The notes beneath the pieces were generated by a model. It ran no database searches. It was not told the DNA's origin and saw only the letters and a list, made by a program, of their open reading frames with translations. Below are positions 8,003 to 19,370 of a stretch of DNA of 64,000 nucleotides, piece after piece (within the stretch, counting starts at the first letter, position 1; the number at the start of each line of letters is the position of its first letter). This stretch comes from an uncultured virus (IMG/VR IMGVR_UViG_2061766007_000731) (Duplodnaviria > Heunggongvirae > Uroviricota > Caudoviricetes). A program made the translations under genes and the position numbers. The stretch lies in the IMG/VR virus record IMGVR_UViG_2061766007_000731. The stretch is one strand, 5' to 3'.

Positions 8003-8611
8003 CTACTTCTTCTCCTCGAAGAAGAGGATATCCGTGGATGTCCAATGCTCACGCTTGGAGCCCCAGTTCTCCTCCTTCTTAGAGTTGAACTTCTTCGTGT
8101 AGACCGTCTTGGAGGCGATCACACGAAGCGTGCGACCTTTGAGACCGCGAAGGCGATCCCTGCTCTCCTGACGAGAAGAGAGCTGCAGATTGAACTGCTG
8201 CGCCTCCTTCGTCAGTTTAGCGTCCGACATAATCTTGGCATAGAGCTCAGCTCCACCAAGATTGTTCATGGTCTTACCACCAGTGGTAACGCTTTCCTCA
8301 TTGCTGGGGAAGAGCTTACCAGAGCGGGCGAAGACCGCATCAGCGATGTCACCCACCAGAGTGAGTTCACCGCGCATAATGGTGCCGTTAGACACCCAAT
8401 AAACGCGGTTCCACTCACCGGGCTTCTCCTCGCTGACGAGAGCTTTGCCCATGGTGGTCAGGAAAATGTCGCCAAAGGTGACTTCATCACCCTTCTTCAG
8501 GGAGATGCCGTAACCCTTGGCAGAGGAGACTTCCTGCATCTCCTCGTTTTGGATGATCTCGTCGTACTGGGACTCGGAGATCCGTCTGATTGATGCCAGT
8601 TCAACTGCCAT
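8003..8611 (-). CDS. Hypothetical early protein, 202 aa (MAVELA...)
   Basis: GC-rich ORF with TGG-only Trp; first gene of the minus-strand block. Confidence 0.8.
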   Translation of the reverse strand: MAVELASIRRISESQYDEIIQNEEMQEVSSAKGYGISLKKGDEVTFGDIFLTTMGKALVSEEKPGEWNRVYWVSNGTIMRGELTLVGDIADAVFARSGKLFPSNEESVTTGGKTMNNLGGAELYAKIMSDAKLTKEAQQFNLQLSSRQESRDRLRGLKGRTLRVIASKTVYTKKFNSKKEENWGSKREHWTSTDILFFEEKK

Positions 8612-8629
8612 GCGAATCAGTTGGTGTTA

Positions 8630-8990
8630 AACTTCATGTTCCGCTACATGAAGACTTGGTTTCCCACGCCAAGTTTTACTGCCACATTTCTATAGTTCGT
8701 TTTCAGGTTTAACCGACAGACGTACATCGGTCTGGAGCTCTCCCACTCCATACACCGTACTCTGCGAACTTCGGTCTGCAGCAGCTGTTAATAATGCGGA
8801 TACTGTTCGACTATCAGTCAAGGGTTGACTAAACGGTCGGACAGTAGGACGAACGTTGCACAACGCGACTGCAAGCGGAGCGCAACTTTATTTTTTTCGT
8901 CCAAGAATTTGGACAAGGGTTGAACAGGAAAAACGATTTTCCCAACGGCAAAGCCGGGGGGACGTTTTTCCTGTGTATCCCCACTCGCAC
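8630..8990. other. Hairpin-dense GC-rich strand-switch region (possible genome terminus or structured RNA)
   Basis: Tandem hairpins cttcatgt/acatgaag, acttgg/ccaagt and tactgttcgac/gtcggacagta, plus a G run near 8955. Composition shifts abruptly from GC- to AT-rich at about 8990. Confidence 0.45.
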
Positions 8991-8998
8991 AACATAAA

Positions 8999-9030
8999 TT
9001 TGGAAAATTAAAATATTTTTATTATCTTTG
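8999..9030 (+). promoter_or_regulatory. Bacteroidota sigma-70 promoter
   Basis: TTTG-N20-TATCTTTG matches the TTTG(-33)/TAnnTTTG(-7) consensus. Confidence 0.75.
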
Positions 9031-9121
9031 CAAAAATAAAAGATTAAGTGTGTACAGGCAATACCTGTTGAGATTTCTACAGAATCAAATACATACTTAT
9101 ATATTCAAAAACTTATTATTT

Positions 9122-9817
9122 ATGAATGCAAAAATTGCAAAAAACAAGTCATTACTAAAAGAATACGAGTGTAATGGAACTCGTACAGTTTATTTAAAAG
9201 ATGGAGATGAGTTTCAAATTCAATTATTTAATTCTGAAACTACAGAAATTGGGGCTGAAATTTATATTAACAATGAAAGATTATCTAATATAATAATTCT
9301 TCGTCCTGGAGAACGAGTATGATTAGAAAGATTCACAGATAAACCACAAAAATTTAAATTCAGCACTTATAATATAGATATCAATGATCCACAAGTAAGT
9401 AATGCTATTAAATTTAATGGAGAAGTTACAGTAAAATTTTATAAAAAGATGTCTAATAATATTTATTATTCTCCAAACATTACTTGAACTTATTATAATT
9501 CAACAGTTCCAACATATCGTAGTACAACAACAGATTATTCTTCTATAACAGCATCATCTGTTAAATCTTCTATTTTAAGTATTAATGATGTAGAAACTGG
9601 CAGAATTGAAGAAGGTTCTCATTCTAATCAAAAATTTAATAGTATTGATATGAATTTGGAATCGTATCCTTCTTGAATAGAAACAATTAAGATATTACCA
9701 GAATCTCAAAAGCCTATATATTCTGATGATTTACATAAAATATATTGTACTAATTGTGGTAGAAAATTAAAAACTATGTATAAATATTGCCCATATTGTG
9801 GTACTAAAATAGAATAA
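9122..9817 (+). CDS. Hypothetical protein with C-terminal zinc ribbon (TGA=Trp)
   Basis: Reads through TGA at 9320 (ERVWLERF) to a TAA at 9817; ends CTNCG...CPYCG. Confidence 0.8.
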
Positions 9818-9845
9818 AATAAATTTCACAACTCAAAAAAATTAC

Positions 9846-9878
9846 AAATCCTACTAATTTATATTAGTAGGATTTTTT
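9846..9878 (+). terminator. Intrinsic terminator
   Basis: aaatcctactaat/attagtaggattt followed by a T run. Confidence 0.8.
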
Positions 9879-9879
9879 A

Positions 9880-9911
9880 TTTGCATATATAATATATTTT
9901 TACTATATTTG
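9880..9911 (+). promoter_or_regulatory. Bacteroidota sigma-70 promoter
   Basis: TTTG-N20-TATATTTG. Confidence 0.75.
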
Positions 9912-9939
9912 CCGAAATTAACGTTAATGTGTAAAAATT

Positions 9940-12229
9940 ATGAAAATAAAAAAATATCAAAACGCTGGTGTATTACCGCGATTAAAGAATTTTGGTAGAC
10001 GTGTATTTAATACAATGAATTCTGTATCACAACAAGCATCTGAAAATATGAGAGATGTTCGTACTGGTACACTTCATTCTGATATAAAAGATTTACAAGA
10101 AAAAGGTAAATATGAAGAAGCTCAAAATTTAGCTAAAAATTATTTAAAAGCTGATGCAGCTGGTATTATGTTACCTGCAATAGCTTCCGAATTTGCTACT
10201 TACGGCTTATTAGGTGGTGGATTACGTCTTGGTGCTGGAACAGCAACTGGNNNNNNNNNNNNNNNNNACTGCTGGTGATTATGCTGATAAAAAATTAGGT
10301 ACTAATTGAATAGGTAATACTGGTCGTATTGTAGGTGGATTTGCTGGATTTGGTGTTGGCAGTAATTTAGTTAATCGTGGATTAAGAGGTTTAGCTACCA
10401 GGGGTATTACTATGCATATGCCACAAGAAACTTTTATGAAATTACGTGGCGAAGGGTTGGCTAGAGCAGCTAATAAAATTTTTAATACTAAAACTGTTCC
10501 AATAGGTGGAAAAGAAATATCAATAACACCAACTTCTTCAGATAATGGCAAAACTTATTGACGTTTATTTGAAAGACCTTCTAAAATAAATACAGCTGAA
10601 ACTCAAGGTAGACCAAAAGATATGAGATTTGATTATAATCTATCTGAAGCTGACTATAAAAAAGTATTATCTGATGCTAATGATTTTGCACAAAAATACG
10701 GATATTCTGAAATAAAAGATACTCCCGACGCATTAAAACAAATACAGGATATGTATCGTAGACATAATACTTTTGGCCGAACTATTACAGATCCAGATGA
10801 ATTTAATCCGGTTAATCACCACTTTGGTCCAGAACATCGAGGTTTAACTACAGAACAAAGAGCTAAGATTGCCGCAACAAAAGGATATCCTTATACATTT
10901 GGAGAAAAAAATCCAACAGATCGAATTTTTGTTACAGGAAGTCCAGAAGCTCTAGAAGGTTATGGTGCATCAGAACAACCTACACTTGCTGTTAGAAGAA
11001 GCGTATCATTAGGTCACAATCCTCTTAAATGAAGACAAAACGCCGAATTTACTTTAGGTGATTGAAGCAGAGAGATGAAACCAAATGAAGTAAGAGCTAC
11101 TGCTAAATATCAAGGTGGGTCTCATGAATTATTTTTAGGAACTGGAAACTTATCAGCAAAACCATTAATTTCTCCCACTCAATTATCTGGTGCTTTTAAT
11201 AAACCTGTCAATAATCCACAAATAGGATGATTACAACAACAAGGTTTTCAACTTCAACGCGATAACTTCCATAATTTGAATATTAAACACGATCTTCCAC
11301 GTTTTGCTGGTAAATCTGTTGATACAACTAATCCTACTGTAAGACAAACATTAGTACAAAAATATAGTGAAAGATACCCTCAATTTCAACAAACTCCAGA
11401 AAAAGAATTTGTTACTAGTGTGGGTGGATATTATGAAGTTGGCAAAATTCCTTTTACAGAAGATTTGAAATTACATAAAGACCTAATACGTAGAAGATTA
11501 GATAATTTTAATTCAGGTTGAAGAAGCGAATATGGATATTATACAGATCCCACTACACATATGGGAAATATGTATAGTGGTGAAAGTATTTTAAATAAAG
11601 CCGGAGAAAATGGAATTACTGTTGTTGTACCAAAAGAAAAAAGAGCGGGACAATTCGGTGGATTTTATAACCCTTCTGGATCTAGAGCTGGAGAGTCTTT
11701 TACAACAGCAGATGCTTGAAGATCGAAGCCTGTTAGATTTACTCAATTACACGAATCTGTTTCTCATCCTACTGACATGTTTGTTAGAGATATTAAATCT
11801 GATGTATCTGGTAAAAGTGTTAGAGATTTATATAATAGAGTTACTCAACCTTCTGATTTGTTCCCAGATTTTAAGAACTTCTTTAAACACAATGCCTCAG
11901 AATTATGATATGAGGGAAGATCTACAAATAATGAAATGATAAAACGTATTAATGAAATTATTTCTAAGAAAACTGGAAAAAGGCTAACAGAAGTATACAA
12001 TAATCCAGAATTATTAGAAACGTATATGGATACTAATTTAAAAACTAATGAACAATTAATATCTTTCTTAGAAAGTATGGATAATGGATATTTAGCAGAT
12101 TATGCTAGTTTACTAAAAGCAAAAGCTGGTACTAAAGAAGCAAATATTTATGCAAATAGAATTCGTAATATGATAAAAATTTTATTTGGAATGTCAGTGC
12201 CAATTGCTGTAGCATCTAAACAGAAATAA
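9940..12229 (+). CDS. Large putative virion cargo protein, ~760 aa (TGA=Trp; frame joined across an N gap)
   Basis: Track fragments at 10622, 11276 and 11936 share a frame and are separated only by TGA. Has N-terminal KKYQNAG, Gly-rich hydrophobic helices and a HESVSH motif. Confidence 0.65.
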
Positions 12230-12231
12230 TC

Positions 12232-12378
12232 ATGACACAACAGGAACACAATACATTAATAGAAAATAATTTAATGTTAAAAGAAATTATAATGTATTTA
12301 GCCAAACATTCGCAAGATGATACATTAAGACAATTTATAATTAATCTTTTAGCTGATAAAGTAGCAAATCAATGATAG
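12232..12378 (+). CDS. Small hypothetical protein
   Basis: MTQQEHNTLIENNLMLKEII...; ends TGA-TAG. Confidence 0.6.
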
Positions 12379-13652
12379 TATATTCACAAACAGCAAATTC
12401 ATCTCCAGAACTTCCAGAAATTAAAGGATATAAACCACAATTTCGCTATGAAGAACCAGGGGGGGATGAACTACAACAGGTACAACAACCTATTATTATA
12501 CAAGCAACACAAGAACCTACACAAGAAGTAGTTGAAGAAAAGAAACAAGAACAATATTCTCCAAATGAATGATCTGATATTCGTTCTATTATAAAAAGAA
12601 ATGAAGGGTTTACTTCTACTGCTAAAAAATCATTTAATGAACCTAACCCAACAGTAGGATATGGATTCTTTAATATACTTCCAGATGGTACTAAAATAAC
12701 AGATGGAATGATGTTATCTAAAGCTCAAGCTGATAAACAGTTAGACATAGCTATAGAAAAAAATACAAAACAGATACAATCTTATTTAAATAAATATGGT
12801 GTATCTGTAAGCCCAGAACAATTTAATATTTTACTTGATTTAGGATATCATGGCGGAAACGGTCTTGTAGATAAACTTCTTAGACAGTCTAATGGAGATC
12901 ATAATCAAATAGCGAATCTATTACAACGATATGCTACTACTGCAAAATATGGGGACGCTTCTATTAGTAAAGGTTTGAGAGATAGAGCTAGAAGACGCGC
13001 CGAAGGATGAAGAAAATATCCAGTAAAAGGTAAATATGGTTTGAAAATACCAAATGTTTTATTAGTTAAAGGGGGAAAAAGAATTTCTAATTTTACTAAT
13101 GGAGAAAAAACATTTACTGAACAATGTGCAGAATTTCAAAATACTATGCTTCGAAACGCTGGATATAGAACAAGTGGAAGTGCTTGAAATTTAAATGACG
13201 CTGATTTAGTATATTCTGGTTATATAGCTGAGAATAAACCAACTAAATATAATAAATATAAAGTTCAAAAATATAATTGAGCTGCTGCAAAAAAATTAGC
13301 AAATGAATTTGATACTAATCAATTAGACACAAATAAAGTGTATGTAACAAATATGTATTATAACGAATCGCCGTATCAAGAAACCGCATATAACGAAGGT
13401 CGAGATTCTATAACTGGAACTCACACTGGTTATATGTGATTTAATCCTGATACTAGTCAATGAGAAGTTATACATAATATACACGGCACTGTTCATGTAG
13501 ATCCATTATCAAGCATTAAAGGAAAAAAATATGGTGTTACTGCAATATACCAACCTAAAGAAAAAAATGTTATCGATAAAGCTATTGATTTAGGAAAACG
13601 ATTATCGAAAAGTAAATTAATACAAAATATATCAAATATACAAGCAAAATAA
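12372..13652 (+). CDS. Two-domain peptidoglycan hydrolase: GH24-like lysozyme plus Cys/His (CHAP/NlpC-like) domain (TGA=Trp)
   Basis: NEGF...TVGYG lysozyme motif, then EQCAEF...GSAW...THTG...IHN. 426 aa when TGA is read through. Confidence 0.7.
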
Positions 13653-13683
13653 AAGCCAACTCTAAATAGAGCTGGCTTTTTTT
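13651..13683. terminator. Bidirectional terminator between convergent genes
   Basis: aaaagccaactcta/tagagctggctttt. Confidence 0.7.
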
Positions 13684-14270
13684 ATTGCATTTATATGTAT
13701 TTGTGATATTATCGCTCGTCCTTGATTTGATTTAAGAAAATCTAAATCTTGTTTATTATCATAGAAAAGATTTTCTGTTAATATTGCTGGACATCGGGAT
13801 TGATATAATACTGTAAAATTTTCTTCTCAATCGGGATCTCCATCAGATCAATCTGCTCTTAATTTTTGTCCATACGATGGAAGTAATAATTGTGCTTCAT
13901 TAAAAAATAAAGTAGCATATTTATCACTATTAGTCAAACCTTTAGTTGTATATACACTTCAACCTCTGGCATTCATTCAATTTCCATTTCCTGCAGCATT
14001 AGCGTGAACTGAAATTAATAAACAATTGTTTCTATCATATTGATTACAATATCTATTTATACGATTTACTCTTTCTGATAGACTAATATCAGTAGTTTCT
14101 GGATTAATGATATGGTGGGAAATATTGTTTAATTTTAATGCCATATCAATCCGATTAACAATATCTTTATTAAATTCGTATTCATAAAATGAACTATCTG
14201 GTGATCTTTTACCAGATGTATTAGATCCATGTCCGGCATCTAATAATATAACCAATTTATTTAAATCCAT
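13662..14270 (-). CDS. N-acetylmuramoyl-L-alanine amidase (Amidase_3) endolysin (TGA=Trp)
   Basis: DAGHG, SVHANAAGNGN-W-MNARG-W-SVY and PAILTENLF motifs. 202 aa only if TGA is read through. Confidence 0.9.
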
Positions 14271-14271
14271 A

Positions 14272-15150
14272 TTATTTTCTTTTTAATCTTGGATAAGCTG
14301 AGAAATCATCTTGACTATACTCAGATCTTCACCGTCTACCTTCTGGCGACATAGTTTCTCAAGCTTGTTCATACATCATGGTTGGATGTCATCTGTGCTT
14401 TAAATACTGATAATCTCCATTATTTAACTCTATGCCGCTTGGTAAATGATTAACTTCTGGATTACGTCTTCACATTTCCATTTCTTCATACGAAAGATTA
14501 TTAAACGCAGATTCTAAATCATAATATTGAGTATTATTATATTCTTGTGGAACAGTATTATATCAATTACTATATTTAGGTTTTTCCTTAAAATAATAAG
14601 GAGATGCTTTTCAATCTTGTTTTCCTACTTTTTTATTTGGGTCTAATGCTCTGCCATAAGCATCGACTTTAGCTGGATTTCAATCATAAACATCTCTAGC
14701 CATTGCTCTTCTGGCAGCAGATCGTATCCCCAATCATCCATTTTCAGCAGAACCATGATCTAAGTGTTCTGCAATTTTAATAGGATCTGTTTCTCCACTA
14801 TCCAATATAGTCATTAATTTTGGAGATTTGTTGATAAGCTTATTTACACCTATATTGTATGCTGTTTCTAATAAAGCTCTTCTAACACCAAGAGATAAAT
14901 TGTCTCAATTCTTTATTCTTTGTTTTAGTACTTTTTCATTACTATTATAGTCTTTAACTATTTGAGCATCAGCTTCTTCTTTAGTAATACTACCTTTTGC
15001 TATTAAAGCAGGATCAGCAGATCCTCAACCAATTAGTTTTTGTCCTCTAACTGTAATTACTTTAGGAGAAAATGTTTCAAAAGATTTAGTAAAATTGATT
15101 AAATCTGTATCTAATCCAGCTTGTGCTTTATATATTCTTTTTAATTTCAT
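14272..15150 (-). CDS. Lysozyme-like (GH24-type) protein with C-terminal extension (TGA=Trp)
   Basis: FETF...LIGWG...ITKEEAD...ALLETAYNIG. 292-aa frame broken only by TGA and absent from the ORF track. Confidence 0.7.
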
Positions 15151-15154
15151 TTAT

Positions 15155-15379
15155 TTATTTCTTTTTACTATGATTTCAATGTCTTGCATTGAGTTCAAAC
15201 ACAGCCATTTTCTTCTGCGCAGGTGTACCATTTTTCTTAAATCAGCTTGCAGAATGGCCTGTCCTTTTCTTTAATCTCGTAAACTTACCACGATTTTCTG
15301 GTTTAATGTAAATTTTAGACTTACCACCTTTCTTTAATAACAAAACTACATTATTTAAATTTTTAATTATTGTTTCCAT
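15155..15379 (-). CDS. Small basic protein (KKGGK...IKPENRGKFT...NARHW) (TGA=Trp)
   Basis: 74 aa with two TGA-Trp codons; first gene after the minus-strand promoter. Confidence 0.7.
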
Positions 15380-15405
15380 ATTACACTATTTTTTTAAATT
15401 TGTTG

Positions 15406-15437
15406 CAAATTTAACAATTTATTTCTACTTTTGCAAA
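15406..15437 (-). promoter_or_regulatory. Bacteroidota sigma-70 promoter driving the minus-strand lysin cassette
   Basis: TTTG-N20-TAAATTTG on the minus strand. Confidence 0.7.
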
Positions 15438-15442
15438 ATTAA

Positions 15443-15474
15443 TTTGCAATTGTTAATTATTTTAAGTAAATTTG
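15443..15474 (+). promoter_or_regulatory. Bacteroidota sigma-70 promoter (divergent partner)
   Basis: TTTG-N20-TAAATTTG. Confidence 0.7.
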
Positions 15475-15528
15475 CAGTTGCAAATTTACTAGAAGATATA
15501 AAAATAATCATTTTAAATAAATTTAAAG

Positions 15529-15966
15529 ATGAATATAACATGAGCAACATTATTAATTAATGCTGTAATAGCACTAATGTCGGCTGGTAGCGTAGGATGA
15601 ATTGTTACTGTTCGTGAAGACAAAAGAGCCAAAAGATTAGAAAATAAACGAAAAGAATTAGAAATAGAAGAACATAAAAAAGATGAAATAATTAAGGATT
15701 GAAAAGATATAGCAGAAGAAAGACAAAAAGCAATTATTGATTTAAAAGAAGAAGGAAAAACAAAAGATACGAAAATTAACGAAAAAGACGCTTTAATTTC
15801 AGATCTTAAAGCTAAATTAGACGATAGAAACACTTATTGTGCTGTTTCAGAATTAATGAAATGTACAGATATACAATGTGCTTCTAGAAAACCACCTTTT
15901 GCTTCTTCTATTGTTACTTCTGATAAAGCTATTGATAACTATATCAAATCTTTAAATCAAGATTAA
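15529..15966 (+). CDS. Protein with N-terminal TM helix and coiled coil (holin/spanin-like) (TGA=Trp)
   Basis: MNITWATLLINAVIALMSAGSVGWIV followed by a charged coiled coil; 145 aa. Confidence 0.7.
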
Positions 15967-16002
15967 TAGATATAAATTAAATATGATAATGTTAATGTAA
16001 AT

Positions 16003-16950
16003 ATGCCGAAATTAAAAAATATTGAGGAAAAGTATATTAATGGTATTAAAGTAGATAAAGAAAACAGTTATGTGTTTTTTAATGACGAAACTCATAAATA
16101 TTACGATAAAGAAACAATGCAAGAATATGTTTCTGTAACTACTTTAATTCATAATTATACTCAAGAATTTANNNNNNNNNNNNNNNNNNNNNNNGCATTA
16201 GAAATGTTTTTAGAGCCAGAAATTTTTTATCCCGTAAAGAAAACATTGCTTGCTACTAAAAAAGTAAATAAAAAATTGATTAAAAAACTTAATCTTAATG
16301 AAGAAGAATTTTTAGCTAAGCAAGAAGAAATAAAAGCTGAATACGCACGTAAAAGGGAAGAATCGTGTATTAGAGGTACAAATATACATGCAATTTTTGA
16401 GAACTCTTTTTACGGAAAAACACATTTTGATTTTACTAAATTTGGTTATAAAGATCTTGTAGGTGATTTTATTTGTAATGAAAATTATTATAAATTAGAT
16501 TTAGAAAAAGGAGTTTATCCAGAATTTTTAATATCTGTGGCATCGAAAGATAATATATTACGAGTTAGTGGACAAATTGATTTACTTGTTGTAGATGGTT
16601 ATGATATAATAATTATAGATTATAAAACTAATAAATCTATTGATAAAACAAGTTATTACGATAAATCTAAAAAATCTAACATAATGATGAAATATCCGTT
16701 AGATAATCTACAAGATTGCAACTTTAATCATTATCAGTTACAATTAAGTTTATATGCATACATGCTTCAACAAATTAATCCAGAATATAATATAAAATCT
16801 TTAAAAATTATTCACATAGATCATGATAACAAACAACACGAATATGAATGTGAATATTTAAAAAATGATGTTGAACGTATGCTTAAACATTACAAAAAAC
16901 AAATTAAAGTAAAACAAGAATTAGAAAAATTAAAACCAGTGATATGTTAG
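16003..16950 (+). CDS. PD-(D/E)XK exonuclease (Cas4/RecB-like)
   Basis: GTNIHA, GQIDLL, IIDYKT and YQLQLSLY motifs. Confidence 0.85.
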   Translation: MPKLKNIEEKYINGIKVDKENSYVFFNDETHKYYDKETMQEYVSVTTLIHNYTQEFXXXXXXXXALEMFLEPEIFYPVKKTLLATKKVNKKLIKKLNLNEEEFLAKQEEIKAEYARKREESCIRGTNIHAIFENSFYGKTHFDFTKFGYKDLVGDFICNENYYKLDLEKGVYPEFLISVASKDNILRVSGQIDLLVVDGYDIIIIDYKTNKSIDKTSYYDKSKKSNIMMKYPLDNLQDCNFNHYQLQLSLYAYMLQQINPEYNIKSLKIIHIDHDNKQHEYECEYLKNDVERMLKHYKKQIKVKQELEKLKPVIC

Positions 16951-17153
16951 AGGATAGATTAAAAATATGTGAAAAATGTCCTCTTTGGAAAGATACTTTA
17001 AATGGTCCTATATGTAATCCTAACAAATGGATAAACCCCAAAGATGGTAAATCTTCTTTCTTTCCCAAAGATGGATATATAAAAGGCTGCGCTTGTTTAT
17101 TAAAACAAAAAGCTGCTAAAAAAGAATCTCATTGTATCATTGGTAAATGATAA
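16944..17153 (+). CDS. Small Cys-rich zinc-binding protein
   Basis: CEKCP...GCAC...HCIIGK followed by TGA-TAA, giving a C-terminal GKW. Confidence 0.75.
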
Positions 17154-17157
17154 TACT

Positions 17158-17340
17158 ATGAAAATTATAAATATAATAGAAGGGTGGTATCGTAGATTAT
17201 TTAAACCACTTAATGAACATGAAAAGCACAGATTAATAATTTGTAATAATTGTGAAAAAAGGCAAAAACTTATAGGTAATGAATATATTTGTTCTATTTG
17301 TGGATGTCCTATAANNNNNNNNNNNNNNNNNNNNNNNNNN
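17158..17340 (+). CDS. Small Cys-rich protein (end in N gap)
   Basis: RLIICNNC...CSICGCP. The track fuses it to the next gene only through the Ns. Confidence 0.55.
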
Positions 17341-17344
17341 NNNN

Positions 17345-17721
17345 NNNNNGAAAATATTTTAAATAATAGTTTAAAAAATATAAATAATGATGATGTAGAG
17401 ATAGTTCCATGTAATACTAATGTAATTGTCAAATTTTATGAGGAAAATCCGTATAGATATGTAGAAACTACTGAAAATGGATTAATTCTTGGAATTGAGG
17501 CAATAAATCACAAATCTAATGATTCTGGAGAGATAGAAGAAAATCAACCAGGAATTGTGTGTGCTAAAGTTATAGCGATAGGGCCTGATTGTAAAAATGT
17601 GCAAATTGGAGAAGATGTATATATATCTACTTTTACTTCTGTTCCAGTTCCTTTTAGAAACAAAGGATATAGAGCTATTACTGAACAAAATATTATATGC
17701 AGATTAGTTAAAAATGAATAA
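17345..17721 (+). CDS. GroES-like co-chaperonin (start in N gap)
   Basis: PCNTNVIVK...TENGLIL...AKVIAIGPDCKNVQIGEDV...EQNIIC. Confidence 0.7.
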
Positions 17722-17947
17722 TATTGAAGATAAAATTTATTTTAATGCAGGAGATATGGTAAAAGTAAAACATTTTAAAAATGCTCCCGCAATGTATATT
17801 ACTGAAAAAGTTACTAAAACCATTAATCATAAATATGGAGATTCAGAATCTTTATTTTTAGGTATGAAATGTAGATGGTTTGATAAAGATAATAAATTGC
17901 AAGAAGCGATTTTTTCAACTAAAGACTTAGAACATATCAATGAATAA
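17714..17947 (+). CDS. Small SH3-like protein (YodC/DUF2158-like)
   Basis: FNAGDMVKVK...PAM...CRWF...FSTKDL. Confidence 0.65.
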   Translation: MNNIEDKIYFNAGDMVKVKHFKNAPAMYITEKVTKTINHKYGDSESLFLGMKCRWFDKDNKLQEAIFSTKDLEHINE

Positions 17948-19370
17948 CGAATTAGAACAACAGGCCATTGAAACCTTTGCAGCAGTCCCAGAAATATATC
18001 AACAAGCTTTTAGAGATGCTGGTGCAGACTTTCCAGATAAATTAGTTGAAGAAATTAAAAAAGATCCAAATCAGGCTGTAAATTTAGTTAATTCTGATAA
18101 GAATTTAAAATCTGCTGTAATTAGTATATTTAAATCAAATAAAGAAGCTATACTTAATGCTGTTCAACAAATGTCGTCTATGTTTAAAGATGGCGGTAAA
18201 TTTGATTATTTAAATAAATTACAACAAGGTGGTCAGTTAACTCGTAAACAAGCTTTTGATGAAGCTCAAAAAAATAGAGGATTTAATAGATCTCAAGTAA
18301 GAACCGCATACAGAAATGCAAGAAACGCTGGTTTAGATAAACAAGCGGCATTAGCGGCTATTATCGGTCAACCACAAGAGATAGAAGCTGTCGAAAGACC
18401 TACATTAATTGATAAAATTGCAGCTCCTATTGATAGACTAACTACACAATCAGAAACGATATCCACAAGACCAACTACCAATTACGATAATGTTGATTTT
18501 GGTGTATTTAGTTTTAATGATGCTTTTGGTAGAGCTCGTGAATATGGTTTAAATGAATTTACCTGAAACGGTAAAAGATATACTACAAATCTTGCTATTC
18601 CCGCTTTGGGTCCAGACGGTAAAAATTATAGTATTGCTGATACATTATTACAAAATGGAAACATTTCTGCTCCAGACTGATGAATTTCTAAACAATGGGA
18701 ACCAGCTACCGTTTTAAGTGGTAACGGTGTAAATCCTTGACCAGCAATACACGCTAGAGAAATTAATCCTCCTTTGAAACGTGAAGGTGGTAAACTCTCC
18801 AAAGAAAACGAAGTTAATAAGAAATACATTAAAGACTCAGAAAAAGCTGGAGCTAAAGCTTCTAAAGAAATGAGTGATTTGAAAGCTAAACACGAAGCTG
18901 AATTAAAAAGAATTAGAAAGGGACAGGAGGGTTTGAAAACTTATGTAAAACGTAAATACAACGAAGCTGCTGGACCTATTCATAGAGGTTGAAATAATTT
19001 TAAACAATCTGCTCCAGGACAAGTGATGGGAGCATTACTTCCTGTACAAACTAATATGATTAGTACAGACGAAACCGGTAATCAAATGTATGCAGCTTCA
19101 CCTATGTTTGGTGGACCAGGAAAATCTGGTAGAATGTTAGATGCAGATATTGATAAACTATATATAAATATGGACAATTCTCTAAAAGGTTTATTTAAAG
19201 ATTTAGAAAAAGTTATTCCTGGAGAAGCATCCAAATATAGAATACCAAAAGGTAATGTATATAATTTTTCCACACCCGATTATAGCAAAATACTTGAAGG
19301 AGCTGTGTTTACTAAACCAACATTAAAAGGTAGAATATTAAATTTTGTTGATAAACTTAAGAAAAAATAA
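17940..19370 (+). CDS. Putative virion cargo protein, 476 aa (TGA=Trp)
   Basis: Three in-frame track fragments joined by TGA. Motif FNDAFGRAREYGLNEFT-W-NGKRYTT and repeated KxGGK/QQGG motifs. Confidence 0.75.

Noticed and set aside
5586..8593. Long plus-strand ORFs 5586..6341, 6853..7233 and 7991..8593
   Set aside because: Antisense shadows of the GC-richer minus-strand genes with non-protein-like composition.
16003..16950. cas4 of a CRISPR system
   Set aside because: Stand-alone phage PD-(D/E)XK nuclease with no other cas genes or array, and no four-Cys cluster evident.
17140..17721. Zinc-finger-GroES fusion as in the ORF track
   Set aside because: The junction lies in an N gap; two separate genes are more likely.
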